Part shown: piece after piece, positions 56,093-57,179 of the stretch
Numbering within the stretch: the stretch's first letter is position 1
Layout: every line of letters starts with the position of its first letter
Origin: Prorocentrum cordatum
Taxonomy: Eukaryota
Length of the DNA stretch: 57,179 bases
Direction: 5' to 3'
NCBI GenBank assembly: GCA_963575745.1
Contig: CAUYUJ010000042.1
Span: 62,001 to 119,179, forward strand
Translations under genes and position numbers: made by a program
The notes under the pieces: model-generated
Database searches by the model: none
Told to the model about the DNA's origin: nothing
The model's input: only the letters and a program-made list of their open reading frames with translations

Positions 56093-57179
56093 ACCAGGGT
56101 CGACATGACGTCGTTGAGGCAGGAACTCGCCAAACAGTGGGGGCCCATGCCCCATGCCAAGAAATACCCTGCTTGCCTCCAGGGTGCCCTGGGTTTCTTG
56201 GGCCTCGATGGTTCTGCTACGGAGCACATGGCGTTCCCACACGTTAAGAACCCATGGGCGTCCTGGGGTTCCAGGGTTGGGTTTCTTGTGGAAGGTTTCC
56301 TGTGGTCCAGCACCTAGTGTGTTCGTACATCGCATCCCGCGCTTGCGGATGAGAGTGAGGGTGCGGCGGCACAGAAAATATTTCGCCCAGTACCCCTCTC
56401 CCAGGCCCAGGGCCCCCTGCCCAGGACATTTCCGTCGAGCAGAGACGGGCCCACCGCGGCCACGCACGCCTTGGGATGAAGTAAGACCGTTCGGGCACCC
56501 TCACCCTAATCGAGTGTCGAGTGTCTGCTCGCTCGCCTCGCCAAGGTTGCGCACAGAAACACGCGGCTGGTCAGCTGCCGCCCGGGCGACGGCGCTCGTG
56601 CCCTTCCCGCGCTGCTCCAGACACTGGCAAGCGGCCCTGGAGAGCTAGAGCGGCTGCGGAAAGCGCGAGTCCGATGCGGCGATTTACAGTGGCAGCCCAT
56701 GCCAAAAAACACCACACCTTTTGCCAGGGTGCCTTGGGTCTGTTTGATGTGTGTTCGCATTGAAGGCTTGCAGTGGTAGCGAAGAAGTCGAGGCGGGCGG
56801 AGTACCCTAAGTGTCTTCACGCTGAGATGCTTTGCGCGAGGCATCAATCAACCGCCTTGCCCAGAGTACCCTGAGTTTCTTGCTGGCAGCCGCTAAGCGA
56901 GAAACCGAACCCTGGCCGAAGAAACATCGGCGATTTTCACGGTTGGGCTTTTTGCGATGGATTTCTTGTGGACCGGTCTCGACTGTATCCATAGCCACTG
57001 TCTGGGGGGCAGATCCCCCATGCGGTGCTTATGGATAAATCCCCGCATGGCAGCGAGGGCGGAAGCGAGTCGCAGGAGGCACCCTTGTGCGGTACCATAG
57101 CATGGGAGCCTTGTTTGTCCTGGCAATTCCGCGTTTAGAGTGCATTGGCGTGGGGCTAGCGTCTGGTATTCGATGAGAA

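Overview
GC-rich, microsatellite-laden eukaryotic DNA, almost certainly from a dinoflagellate. The evidence is TTTAGGG repeats, several relics of the dinoflagellate spliced leader (DinoSL, DCCGTAGCCATTTTGGCTCAAG) and in-frame GC-AG and GA-AG introns; a Prorocentrum-like source is my inference only. The main feature is a near-intact ~8 kb non-LTR (LINE) retrotransposon at ~46.9-55.0 kb. It has a zinc-finger ORF1, an RNase H placed before the APE endonuclease, then reverse transcriptase (RT), C2H2 fingers and a C-terminal C5-cytosine DNA methyltransferase domain with an intact PC catalytic motif. These are spread over three reading frames with candidate frameshift sites, and the element sits within (GAG)n tracts. 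The window also holds the 5' part of an LTR retrotransposon (LTR, tRNA-iMet primer site, gag-protease running off the left edge), an LRR gene whose 5.8 kb intron contains a telomere-bounded satellite block, an SL-relic intronless secreted-protein retrogene, and a FAM194/C3orf20-like gene with introner-like introns. The rest is several MITE-like families, truncated LINE 3' ends, a ~6.7 kb CpG-rich ~150 bp satellite and very long (CCT)n/(GAT)n tracts. Most ORFs in the supplied track are spurious. All calls come from reading the sequence by eye; no searches were run.
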